Below, piece after piece: positions 27,138 to 42,214 of a stretch of DNA of 64,000 nucleotides. The position numbers and the translations under genes are program-made. This DNA is from the human T2T-CHM13v2.0 reference genome, Homo sapiens. Below the pieces are notes generated by a model. That model did no database searches and was not told where the DNA came from. It was given only the letters and a program-made list of their open reading frames with translations. The stretch lies in assembly GCF_009914755.1 (NCBI RefSeq), contig NC_060932.1, one strand, 5' to 3'. Position 1 is the stretch's first letter. Each line of letters starts with the position of its first letter.

Positions 27138-27534
27138 GCTCATTGTACTTTCCAATATATTCTTTCTCCTTTTAAGTTAGTCATAGTAGATCGTACTTTC
27201 CAATATATTCCAATTCCAATTCCAATATTTTTGTATATTAGCTAAGATCAGTTTCTTTTGCTTGTACTCAAAGAACTCTGAATAATAACTGAAACTTGAG
27301 CTATGTCAGCTTGGGTGGAGATTTGATCCTGTGTCACGGAAATAATTGCCATCCCATAACAAGTGCATCTCTAAAATCTTGGCTCATTTGGGAAGCAACC
27401 TTACTCAACAGTTTCCTGACTGGTGTTAGCATGGGGTTAAAATACCTTGGCACCAACAGGCACCCTCCCATGGCTTTCAGTTAAAATAAGAGAAGATACA
27501 CACCGGAAACCCATCCCAGCCAGAGCTCTCTGAT

Positions 27535-28058
<524 letters not shown>

Positions 28059-28102
28059 GGAAACAATTCTTAATCCATCAGGCATGCTATTACCGTCATC
28101 AT

Positions 28103-28604
28103 TGTATTAGTTTCCTCTTGCTGCTGTAACAAATGAATAACAAGGCAGTGGCTTAAGACAACACAAATGCATTGTCTTATAGTTCTGTTGTTGAGAAGTC
28201 CTAATGGGTCCCACTGGGCTAAAAATAAGGTATCAGCAGGGCTGGGTTCCTCCTGGAGGCTCTAGGGAAAAATCGATTTTCTTGTATTTTCCACCTTCTG
28301 GAGGCTACCCATGTTCCCTGGCTTAGGTTCCCCTTTTCCCTCTTAAAGTCAGCAATGTTGCACCTCTCTGACTTGGCTTCTGTTGTCATGCCTCTTTCTC
28401 TGACCACAGCTGGGAAAAGTTCTCTGCTTTTAAGGATTCATGAGGTTAGAGTGGGTCCACCTGGATAATCTAGGCTAATCCTCCAATCTCATGGCCCTTA
28501 ACCTTAATAAGATCTGCAAAGTTACTTTTGTCAGGTCCGTAACATATTCACAGGGTCAAATGATTAGAAAGTGGACATCTTTGAGAGTCATTCTGCCTAA
28601 CACA
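28103..28604 (-). mobile_element. ERVL-MaLR MLT1 LTR (D/C-like)
   Basis: TGTATTAGTTTCC..TTGCTGCTGTAACAAAT start, TGGAGGCTCTAGGG, ends CATTCTGCCTAACACA. Confidence 0.88.
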
Positions 28605-30734
28605 CACATCATTACTATCTTCATCTTCATTATCATCATTACAAAGCAGTTGGATTACCCAGAACCATGCGTAGTTTGCATATCACATGACTATAAAAGG
28701 TAATTTTACAAAATACGATGAAATCTAGCAGAAGTGGTTCTAAAGGAATGACGAGAGGACAATTTACTTGGTAAGGTGGCCAGTTGGCAAGACTGAGAAA
28801 CTGGTTGCAGTGACAGGAATCACATTTCTGAACCAAAAGCAAAACATCAAAAGGCCGTGGTCTGACAAATGTGAATACTTAAATGGACATTAGGTGAGCA
28901 TACTGGGAAGATGTAAGAGGGGAAGTGGCCACAGTTGTAGAAGCAGATTTTGGGGTGATACCATTGAAGTAAAACTTAAAGGCTACTATGCCAAAGGGCC
29001 AATTTAACAAATGGAAAAAATATGTATATTTCAAAATGTCAGACCTCAAGGAGAAAGGTTTGTGACAAATTAAGAGTGTGAGATTTGAATATTTTACACT
29101 AATAACCACAGTGTTTCATTCCTCAGTAGTGACTCATTTTGTTCTCTCTCCATACCAACCCCATCTCTCTCACACAGACACACATGCTCCCTAGTACCCA
29201 GGGCTCCCAGGACTCATGCCTTGGGAAGTGAGAGGACTCAGCCCGAATTCATGAAACTCAGATAAAGTGGGAGGCGCATCAGGTTGAAGGGAATCCAAGG
29301 GCCATTTCCTTGGGAATTTCAGAAAGAATCTGGGAATGTTATAAACATGGTTGATGCTTTGAGAACACAGGTTCTAGTCTGGATGAAGTCTTGGCATGTT
29401 CTTAGAGTTGCCTGGGGCTCCAAGCTTTGGTGATTGGGAGGCTTTCACGGATGCAGAGAAGAAACACTACCCTGTGACAAGCATCACTGCTGAAATCTCT
29501 CTGTGGGCTAAGCCTCTTCATTTACTTAGTATCTGAGAAAGGAGGAGAAGAGTGGCTTCCTGTCATTTGTCCAATCCAATACATACTTGTCGAGAGTCAA
29601 ATATGCTGAAGCCATTCTAGGCCCTGGAATAGGAGGTGAGCAAAGCAGACTAAATCCCTATGCACTGGGGCTTATTTTCTACTGTCCACCTCTCCTTGGT
29701 AAAGTTCTACTCACCTTTGAGACCCACCATGGAAACCACATCAGTCATTCATGCATGAACACATTCCTATATTCCGTCAACATCTCTTAAAAATATACCA
29801 TGCTAGACACTGAACCTTGCAGAGGTGTGAGAAGGTCTTTCCCCCAGAAGCTGAAGTGCAGAAGATAAGACGTGATAGGTAAAGATGCACACACATGGTA
29901 TCATGGGGGCAAGGTGAGAAGCAGAACCAGTGCTAGGAGTATAGATTGGCCAATCCCAGACCAAGGGCAGAGGCATCCTTAGAGGAGGTCTCCCTGGGGC
30001 AGAATGTCAGGAAAGGCATCCCCAAGGGATAACTGGGTCAGGGTGGAGTGGGGCTGGTGCTGTGGAAGCCCTCAGTGTGGGACGGCTCATGGGGTTTCAG
30101 GGAAGCCTGGGAATCCAGGTAGGTGGAAGAGCAGAATGGGCAGTGGTGGGGAGATACAGGTGACAGGGAGAGCTGGAGAGTGGAGGGCAGCTACTGGGGG
30201 CCCTGTGGCCACATTGCAGACACTCTTTTGGGACAGAGGGCCTGGGGGAGGGTGAAAAGTGCCTGTCTTGGTGACCCCCACACCAGTGATTATGCATTAT
30301 GACAGTTTGACCACAAAAAAAGCACCCCATCTACCCCTGACCTGTTTCAGGAAACGGTTAGCCACAGAAACCCTTAGCCCTAATATTGAACAATCCTTCC
30401 TCTTTTGAAACTGAGGAGCTGCTTGCCTGCCTTTGCAGCTAAGGGCAGCTGAATCTACCTGAGGACCTATTAGGATGTTTCCTCGCAGCTAAAAATCCCG
30501 CCTTAATAGTATACTTGTCAATCCAAGATTGTCTCAGCATTTCCTGTTTTTATTCTATAAAACTGACTCTCCTTTCTAACACCTTTGAAGCCCTGCTGAA
30601 ATGAAGGCGACAGCAGGCTACCTCCCTTGCTGCAATTTTATGGATAAATGTCGTTTGTTTATTTGATCTTGGATGCAGTGTTGTCTTTGCCACTAGAAAG
30701 CGTGACATGAAAGATTCTGTCACGATGAGAATAC

Positions 30735-30965
30735 TACTTACTGAGGATTCGCAATGGGCCACTGATCAGCACTTCATATAATCTGCACAAAATCTCCCAT
30801 TAAGTAGGTACTCTTGCCTTCATCAGCATCATCTTCACTTTATAGGTAAAGAAAGTAAGGTACAGAGATGATAATGAACTTGCCCAAAGTCACACAGCTG
30901 GTAAGTGATGAAAATGGGATTTGAACCCAGGCAGCCTCAAGATTCTGCACTTTTCCCCACTATAC
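30735..30965 (-). mobile_element. MIR SINE
   Basis: AACTTGCCCAAAGTCACACAGCTGGTAAGTG..GGGATTTGAACCCAGGCAG. Confidence 0.85.
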
Positions 30966-31244
30966 AATGTGGTTCTGATGCTGATGAGGTTTTCCTTCAC
31001 ATTTTTGAGGGCCTGTAGTGTTTTTTGAGTTCGGAAATGACGCGCGAGAATTTAGACCTCTGATGGACTGCTTCACCATTCCTGAGGGATGATGGGGTGA
31101 GGGTGGGAGGCTGAGGGGGGTAGTCCGGACACGAAGCCCAGGCAGAAGCCCCAAACCAGTGCAGTGGCAGCTGGGATGGAGGCAAGTGTGAGCCATGAGA
31201 GACCTTATCCAGTAGGCTGACACTTTTCCAGGCTGGAGTCTTTA

Positions 31245-31400
31245 ATTCCAACCACAGAACTTGGAAGGACAGGTAGGTAGGACAGATAGCATTTTACAGA
31301 AGATGAAGAAACTGAGGTCAACGGTGGGTCACTCGCCTAGAGTCACTCAGCAAACTTGTGGCAGAACCAGATTCCAAGGATTCACTGGCTCTCAGTTGTG
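31245..31400 (-). mobile_element. MIR SINE fragment
   Basis: CATTTTACAGAAGATGAAGAAACTGAGG..GTCACTCAGCAAACTTGTGGCAGAACCAG. Confidence 0.75.
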
Positions 31401-32564
31401 GACCTGGAGGGAAGGTGCAGCCCCAGACACAAAGCTGGAGTCCCAGGACATACCTGTTGCTTCTGCCTGTGGGGTATTTGAGCAGCTCATGCTCTAGCCT
31501 ACCTGCGCCTCATCACAATAGTTCCTGAAAGGGACATTGGAGTTAGAGTTTGAAAGGCACATTTATATAAAGTGTCACTTTGTCTTCAGGCCAAATGTGA
31601 AAACTGGATTGTGATTTCCATTTTGTGGATGTGGTTTGGGGGTTAAGCGATAAAGCCAAGGAGACGCAGCTGGTAGATGGAGCAGCTAGGTCCAGTTCTT
31701 GGCTTTGAAGTCGAGGGGGCATTGACTGCATGAACTGCCTTCATTATCCACTCACCTCATTAAGAGCATTGGCAAGACTGTGAAATTGACCCTAAGCATG
31801 TGTGTGCTTTCTTTGAAACATAACTTAAAGGGTAAGTGTAAAGATTCACAATGCACTGGAAAGTGGGGGTGAGGTCTAGCAGGGCCTTTTCTGATATTCT
31901 GAGAGGTCATTTAAATCTTGTCTGGTCTGTTTCCAGGCCCTGCAAGGCACCAGGCTTGCTTTGACTGGCTGCCCTCAGAGTGTATGAAGATGAGAGTGTT
32001 ATTAGAATCCAAAGTCATTCATTGGCCAGTGCTGGTAAACTAAAATCCGAAACGTGTGCAAAATGCGTTTTTTCTTTGGAGAAGGTGACATCTCATCTGA
32101 GTGCCTCAGGCCCCTGGAAGATGTTATCTGCTGAGAAGAAATCACACATGCCAGGTTACCCGTCTTTAGGTGATTTCTTCGAAGTGTGGCCGCACCTCCC
32201 TTGATGACTGCTGGGGGGTGTAATGAATCACCCACTTGCGGGAGAAGGCTGGAGAATTTGCTTTACCAGAGATACAGAAGTGGAGGGAATGCACAGATAT
32301 TGAAGTGTGTGTGCACGCATATGTGAGTTTACATGCTTTGCATGCCCCTGTGTGCACACATGAGTGCATTTGTGTGTGCACAAGTGCATTGATGTACACA
32401 CATGTGCATCTCCAGCCCTACTGAGGTCTCACAGAGGGGCAGATCAAGACAGTTCCTTAGAAACAACTACTAGCAAGGCATTTATGGAAGTGGCCTGGCC
32501 CTGGGAAGCTCAGAGCATCAGATTGTGAAGCAGAATTTTACATAATGACTCCAGGAAAGGATGC

Positions 32565-32720
32565 GGAGTAATGGAAGGAATACCGATTTAGAAAGCAAGG
32601 GGCTAAGCCCTGTCTCTGCTCCCAGCCTACTAGGCGACTTCAGGAGACTCATTAACCTCCTGAGCCTCGTTTTCCCCACATGCGAAGCTGTAAAACCCAA
32701 ACTCCTTGCCAAGGTGTTCC
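32565..32720 (+). mobile_element. MIR SINE fragment
   Basis: CATTAACCTCCTGAGCCTCGTTTTCCCCACATG. Confidence 0.6.
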
Positions 32721-33179
32721 AGGCCTGTAGTGGGCGCTGCGGTGCATGACTCTCCTTCAGGACTGAGCCCCCTGTCTCCCAGCTGCCGGAGTGTGGGCAG
32801 CTTGTGCTCCTCAGAAACGAAGAGTCCTTCATCCAAGGTCACACTCCCATCCCTAGGGAGCAGCTAGCCGGGGACACACCCATGCAGGTGTCAGGCCCAG
32901 CCTCCGGCCTGATACCTCTGCAGGCCCTTCCAGCTCTATGCTCCCTGCGGGGCCAGCAGAGACCTTTCTTGTGAATACAAGGCAGCCCGGCTTCTCTGCT
33001 AGACTTCTGCTTCCCTTTCACTCCTTTTCAAACGGACAGTCCCAAGAGCACGTCCCGATGACTCCCCTGCCTGCAGACTTCCATCTCAGGAGATCCCAGA
33101 CCAACACCCCAGTGGTCTGTGCCTCGGTGATGGCCCCTCCTCCACTGTCCCTCACTCTGCTGAGGGCTGTGCAGCCCTT

Positions 33180-34404
<1,225 letters not shown>

Positions 34405-34409
34405 GAGGC

Positions 34410-35170
<761 letters not shown>

Positions 35171-35901
35171 GATGGAGGGTCTCAGAGGTGTTTTGAGTTT
35201 GTTTTTTTAACCTTCACAGGTTAGGCATTTTTTTTTTTGATCATATAGTTTACTATTGATTTTTTTGTTTGTTTGTTTTTGATCAGTAGTAACACTATCA
35301 GAGGCAAGACAATGAGCTCTCTCTCTGCGGTCAGTACTGAGACCCAAGAGCAGAGGGCTGGGCTTTGAGAGAGGAAATGTTCAATGCTATGATTCTTTGC
35401 ATCTCTCAAAGATGTTTCCTGTTATCCCATGACGTTGACAGAGCACAGGGTGGCAGATCATATGGAAAGCACTTTGGGATCCACAAAGAAGAGAAGCAAT
35501 TCCACTTTGAAGCCCCCGCATCCATAGCTGGCTGGTGAACAGTCACCAAATGAAGACACACATGAAAGACGGTGTGTGTAATGGGCCAGCAAGACATCGC
35601 TCCTATTCAAGGAAAGAACCCACAGAGAACACCTGCAGCTTGTTCCCTGAAAAGCTGCTTCCCATAGTCCAGGGGCAAGTCAAGGCTGAACCAGCTTTGC
35701 AGAGCACAGAATTGTTCTTGTTAAAGCCTCATAACTGTGAGCCACTCCAGGGCACGGTGGGTCAGGCAGCCATGGCCCATTAAAGTGGGTGATAAATATT
35801 TCATACCCTGGGCTAGAGGACACCACTGGCTTCTGCTCACTTCCTAGCTGTCTGCAGCTCTCATGGACTTGTCTCTCCATTAACTGTGAGAATTATGTTA
35901 A

Positions 35902-36351
<450 letters not shown>

Positions 36352-36739
36352 TAAAGAGGAACTGGATAACATGATTTCAAATAAGAGTATCATACCTGTT
36401 GCCCTTGTGTTTGCACATGAATCCAACTTGAACTTGTGTTGTGTAGGCATCTGCCTGTTGGAAACCACCTGGGAAAAGAATTTACATTGGACTTGAAGTG
36501 AGGTGCATCAGCTGCCAAGGACACCACTAAAATATCAGTCTCAGCTCCATTATAGGTGAAGTGGACAAACAAATCCCTGATTCTTCCTACCTTACAGGGT
36601 CCTGGAGGGCTGGAATGAGAGAGTGAATCATTATAGCTTCCACTGTAGTGGTCCATCGTCCTGCTTATTCCTTGTGGACGGGGCTTGATTGTGCTCAAGT
36701 GTTAACCCCAACTTTGGAAGGGGTGACTCTCCTTCCGTG

Positions 36740-37150
36740 GTACTCATGGTAATTTATTTTCCCTTGCTGGGTCTTGAGTAGGTAGGACCATGTGACACAG
36801 CCCCAGAGGAGGAGACATGAAGGGAATTCTGCTTGGATGCTTCTGTGAAGGTATTCCTGGTTTTCCAAAAAATAAGATAGTAATTCTCCTCTCTTTGCTT
36901 TTGGACAGGTTGTGCAAGGACGGCTCTGACAGCCGTGTCAAAACTATGAAGGCGGCCATGGCCCACCTGCTGAAGATGTCACAGTGGAAAGGTGAAGTCT
37001 CAGGGCTCAGACAAGATTGTGAACTGGCGAATTAACACAGGAGCCTTCTTTCCCCAAGTTCCTTGTCCTATGAGGTTATACCACTGATTGTTTATGCCAT
37101 TTTTAGTTGAAGGTTCTTTTGCTTGCAGCCCCAAGCATTCTCACTGACAT
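36740..37150 (+). mobile_element. ERVL-MaLR MLT1 LTR (J-like)
   Basis: GACCATGTGACACAG, GCTTCTGTGAAGG, and terminal TTGCTTGCAGCCCCAAGCATTCTCACTGACA. Confidence 0.6.
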
Positions 37151-37529
37151 GAAAGGTCTGCAAGAGTCATGAGCAGACTGTGGCAGTATATTTTGATAGT
37201 CTATGTGGAGAAACCTGAGTGCATGGGTGTTGTCATAGCGGTTCTGCCTCTCTAAGGATATTCCCCTTTACTTCTGAGTTTACAGCTGTGATCCGGATAG
37301 TGAGTTCGCCCTCATCCCAGTGGCATTGTACTATCTTAACAGGCTGCATGGAGAGTAATGGAGAAAGACACCATTGTCCAAGCTGACTTTGACCCCCTGG
37401 AGCTCTCACAGTATTTCGAGATGGTTTGCCCTGTGAAGGGCAGACCTACCTGTGTTTCCATCAGGCCCCAATTTCCTCATTACTTTGCTCAGCTTCCAAG
37501 ATGAGATCATTATTAATTAATACACTTAT

Positions 37530-38860
37530 AGTTATTAACATATGGTGACATTAATTAACTACAGTCTACTAAATGCCTCCTGTGTGTCTGGTCTGATGCT
37601 ACATGTTGTGCTGCATTTTCTCATTGATCCTCCCAACAACCCAAGAAGATGAGTTTTGCTATGCATATTTTACAAGAAAGAACCCAAGGTTCAGATCATT
37701 AATGCGCCCAAAGGCCCACATTCTGATTGGAAATCAGCAGAGGTAGGATATCACCTCTGCAATTCTCCCTGGTTACACTTTTCTAAGAGGAGTTTTGCAA
37801 AGGGAAGCATCTGTTTTAGATTTGCACCAGTTCTCGGCTTGTTCTGGTGGTAAAGAAGAAACAACATTAACCTTGATGTCAAGAACCTGGGATTGAATCC
37901 TGGTCTGTCTTCTGAGGTGATGGTGGGGAGAGGGGAAGGTCTCATAGCGTAGATTGATTTTTTTTTTCTCCTGAGTCTTAGTTGTTTTTTATTCTCTAAA
38001 AGGGATAATAGTCCTTAAACTCCAGGTAATTTATTGTCAAAGGAAATAACAAATGTGAAATTGTCCAGGTACAATATAATCGGTACCAAAATCCTATGTT
38101 TAGTTCATTCATTTATTCACTCTTCACTCATCCCTTATATCAACTTCTGGGTCTGCAAGATGCAGCATGTGAACACCCTGGTAGTGAACTTGAACACTCT
38201 GGTAGGAGTCATTCTCCATCACCTACCAGCTGTGAAATGGTGGGCAGTGCAAGTAACCTTAGTAAGTCTCACTTTCCCTTCTCTAACAAAAGCATTTCTT
38301 TTGTGACAGCTACACTTTCATCATTTTAAATGTGTGAACTCATTAAATCTTCTCAATAGCCTTCAAAGTCGACATATAATTATCTCCTATTACAGATGAG
38401 GAAATTGAAGTACAGGGAAGTGAAAGACTTGGCCATGTCACATGGCTAGTGAATGCTGGAATTGGAAGCTGATCACATAAAATTGTGTTGCAGAACTCAC
38501 AGTCCAGTACCGCTATTTCTCCTCCTAGAGGTGCTATGAGGATTCAACAGATGTCAATTGCATGCAAAAGTGTGGCTAGCACATAAGCAGCAGTCCACAA
38601 ACGTCAACTTATTATGTCAGTGAGATAATGTGATGGTCACATAAACAAGTTCTGGGACTGGGTTACCTGGGTTCTACCCCAGCTCCATTGCTAAGATGTA
38701 CAAAATCTTGGACAAGAGTTCCATTGTCCTCATTAGCAAAAGAAAAACAACAAGAAAATTCTACATCTGAAGGTTTTTGAGAGGATTTATCAAGCTAGCA
38801 GAGGGAAAATATTAGAACAGAGCCTGGAACATTTTAAATGCATTCTGAGCATTGGTTTTT
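37530..38860. mobile_element. Cluster of about five MIR fragments in alternating orientation
   Basis: Repeated cores, e.g. CATATTTTACAAGAAAGAACCCAAGG, GAACCTGGGATTGAATCCTGG, TTACAGATGAGGAAATTGAAG and ACCTGGGTTCTACCCCAGCTCC. Confidence 0.7.
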
Positions 38861-39429
38861 ATTTAAAACCTCTTGCCGGGTTGGTTTTATTTAAAACCTC
38901 TACCTGAGCCACAGCTGTGAGTGCTCATGCTGCAGATCTTTTGCAGGGGCTGATGTCTTGTTCACCATTGTCTTCTTGCATCTCAGAGCTTGGTGCTCAG
39001 CACAGAGTCCAGGTGGAGGTGCTTAATTGAAATAGGTTGATCTGAATATAGCCTGGGATGCTTTGGATACTGTTACCTCTTTGTGGCATAGACATTCATA
39101 GGACCTGTGCATTAACTAAGTCCTTCCTGAGCAAGTCACTCACATAACAGGCTCCAGTGGGACAGATCAATGCCAAGCAGCTTGGTATGAGAAGGGAGGG
39201 GTTGGAGTGCAGAAACCTGGGATCATGAGCCCTTTCATATTTCTTTTAGCTCTGACATCGAAGGCATCTGTAATTCACCTCTACATTCATTCAATCATCC
39301 ACGGTTGGGAGCATCCATTTCTGTTTATTTCCTCAAGAGAGGCAAAGCTGAACATTTAATTACTCCTTTCTTCCTTCATCTCTCTGAAAATGGAGAACCT
39401 TTAGTCATGTGGGCATAGAACACACTCCA

Positions 39430-40230
39430 TCCTTTGTCTCAGGGAGAAGCCAGGTTACACATCCTAAAACTCACTCTTCTCCATTCCTGTTCTCAGTGGC
39501 TTTTTTCAACTTGACCTCTCAAATATCTCTCTAGTATGCCCCTTTCCTCACGTGTGCACACCCTTGCCACCTGGCCACTGGTTTCCTGCAGCAGGCCTCT
39601 CTTCCTGCCTTCCAGCACTGCCTTTGGTATGGACTCTTGTAATCCATTTTCCATCCTGTGGCCAGAGCAATCTTTCCAGATATGATCATCTCAATTCCCC
39701 GTTTGTCATGCTTCGATGGCATCTATCTACTGGCTTCTACCTGAAAGCATTGAGCAAACAGATGCAGCCTGTGCCCTCATGGAGCTGGTGGCTAGTCTGT
39801 GCTCATTGTCCACAGCTGTGACCATTTCCGCCATTCACACATTGGGGCACTTTGAGTGTGGACATAGGGAAGGCTTACCTAGTCTGTCTAGTTGGGATAA
39901 ATAACAACATGCCTTGGGAGTTGCCATGTGAGCTAAATGCTGATGAGTAGGAGAAGTTGACCAGGCTCTGCAGGGCATACCAGGGAGAGGGGGAACAACC
40001 AGCACTAGGACAAATGGATATGGGGAACCTGCCTCTGGGTTGGCTCCTACAGCACTTGAACATGCTGTCACTTGAATGATGGTCACTTGCTTATTTGTGA
40101 GCATCTGTTTTCTGCTCTGTCCCCAGAGTTTCCTGAGGCCAGAGGCCCTGTCTTCTCTTATTCTACATCCTCAGTGCTTAGTGGACACTCAAAAAATATT
40201 ACTGTCAGTGGGAGACTAAATAAAGAAGGG
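39430..40230 (+). mobile_element. L2 remnants
   Basis: CCTCTCAAATATCTCT, ATCCATTTTCCATCCTGTGGCCAGAGCAATCTTT, terminal CCTCAGTGCTTAG..CACTCAAAAAATATT. Confidence 0.6.
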
Positions 40231-40594
40231 AATAGTCTCTTTTCTATCTCTTCATCATTTGTGTGAAGACTCCTCCTGCTGCCCCACCTCTCACTGTTGT
40301 TGTTGCCTTTCCTGCTCAGAAATGCATTGAATCTCTCATTTCTTCTAGCTTGGCCCAAGATATACCTCTTCTGAGTTAGATACAGAGAATTCAGTGGCAG
40401 CACCTGCAGGTAGACACAAAATTCTGCAAATACCACTCTTTGAATATTAGATGCCTGCACTCCCTGTCCATCTGCCTTCCAAGAAAATGTGTACTTAGAG
40501 TGCTCCATGAAGCAGCAGGTGTGGGGTGTGTGTATATGTGGTGTGAGTGTGTGTGCATGTGGTGTGTGATATATGCATGTGTTTGTGACTCAAC

Positions 40595-40790
40595 ATGGTT
40601 TAGTGGAAGTTATATTCCTACCTTTGGATTCAGGCTGTAAGTTCTAATCACCTACATGGTCATTTATTGCTATGTCATCACTTGACCTCTTGGATCCTCA
40701 GTTTCCTTATCAGTAAAATGAGCACAAGCGTCCCCTTGGAAAGACTGTTATGAGGATTAGATATACTGCATTTAAAGCACCTGACATCTA
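40595..40790 (+). mobile_element. MIR SINE
   Basis: CACTTGACCTCTTGGATCCTCAGTTTCCTTATCAGTAAAATG..TGTTATGAGGATTAGAT. Confidence 0.8.
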
Positions 40791-41311
40791 AGGTTTTGAT
40801 TAATTCCGCTTCTCAACTCACCTGTTACAATGCTCAGGGGTTCATCCCATGCCAATGAAGGGCATTGACAGCTTCAGGTTTGAACCTATGAGCTAGACCT
40901 GGCCAGGGGCCCTTTGAGCCAAGACAAGGACAGACCTGAGCCATGGGCTCTTGACCTGGCAACATCCTAGAGAAGCCATAATGTTCAGCCTGATTTTTTT
41001 CTGAATAGGCCTTGGAGAGGGGCTGGCAGAATTCAGCCCTAATGGAACATGCATTAGGTGGTTGAATCGGCTTGCTTGACTTCATTGTGCCCTGTCCAGC
41101 ACTGAAATTTCTGAAGCTGAGGTCATGGAGGAGACCTCCAAGGAATATGGGCAGCTCCACCCTTTCCCAAACTCACACTTTTCTTCAGGCCCTGACCAGT
41201 ATCCAAGGAGAGGCTAAGAATCAAAATAGCCCACTTTTTCTCATGTGTCCATTAAGTCCCAGACACTGAAATGGGCACTCTGCATGTGCCATTTAATTCA
41301 GTCCTCAAAGG

Positions 41312-41375
41312 CAGTGGCTCTCAACTGGGTGTGATTTTACCCCCTCAGAGGACACTTTTCGATATCTAGAGACAC
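41312..41375 (+). mobile_element. MER20 5' fragment
   Basis: CAGTGGCTCTCAACTGGGTGTGATTTTACCCCCTCAGAGGACA..TCTAGAGACA. Confidence 0.75.
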
Positions 41376-41377
41376 GC

Positions 41378-41708
41378 TGATTAACAAAAACCACATGATG
41401 ATCTCAATAAATGCAGAAAAAGCATTTGACAAAATCTGTAACCTCTTCATTATGAAAAAGGTCAACAAATTAGAAATAGCACTTTCTCAACTTGATCAAG
41501 TTTGTCTATGAAAGCCCCACAGATAATACCCTACTTAATGGTATTGAAAACTGAAAGCTTCTCCCTTAAGATCAGGAAGAAGGATATTTGCTCTCACCAC
41601 TTCTATTTAACCTCTAATATGTTAGATGTTCTGGCCAGGGTAATGAGGCCGAAAGAAGAAAAATTAAATAAAAACAAAAATAAATAAAAGATACTCAGAT
41701 TGGAAAGG
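41378..41708 (+). mobile_element. Internal L1 ORF2 (reverse transcriptase) fragment, degraded
   Basis: AAAAACCACATGATGATCTCAATAAATGCAGAAAAAGCATTTGACAAAATC translates KNHMMISINAEKAFDKI, the L1 RT motif. Continues through CTAAGATCAGGAA-like sequence, CTCTCACCACTTCTATTTAAC and CAGATTGGAAAGG. Confidence 0.88.
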
Positions 41709-42214
41709 TTGGTGAGGAGGGGAAAATGCAGTTGACTGCCTTGCGTCTACAGCCTCACATCTGAGTTGTCTTTGGAGTTGCCGACATCTGAGGGGCAGCT
41801 CAGCAGACTCCGGAACCCCAGGAGCACTCTCACCTCTCCTTCCATCCCCACCAGCATCCAGGAAACTTTTGGGTACATGGACTTGGCAAGCCATATGTGG
41901 AGCCACACACCAAAACACTCATTCCTTCGATGTAGAGATACTTGGTTTCTACCTCTCTCCAGACACTATGCTAGACCCAAGAAATACAGACATGAGTGAA
42001 ATGTGGTGTCTGCCCCAGAGAAGTATTCTATGTAGCAAAGGAGAAAGAGCCTGATTAAACCAGTGCAGATACAGTGTGGTCCATGAGGGAAGCACGTGTA
42101 AAGAAGTCTTCCTGGAGAAGGCACTTGGGATATGCCAAAAAGTATAGATTTATTTACCAGGCAGAAAGAGTGTATGAAAAAAATCATTAAAATGTAAAAA
42201 TCATTAGATCTCTT

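Noticed and set aside
41378-41708. Reverse-transcriptase-like coding sequence as a novel RT system
   Set aside because: It is a short frameshifted L1 ORF2 fossil; the L3/CR1 RT trace at 53610-53950 is likewise decayed.
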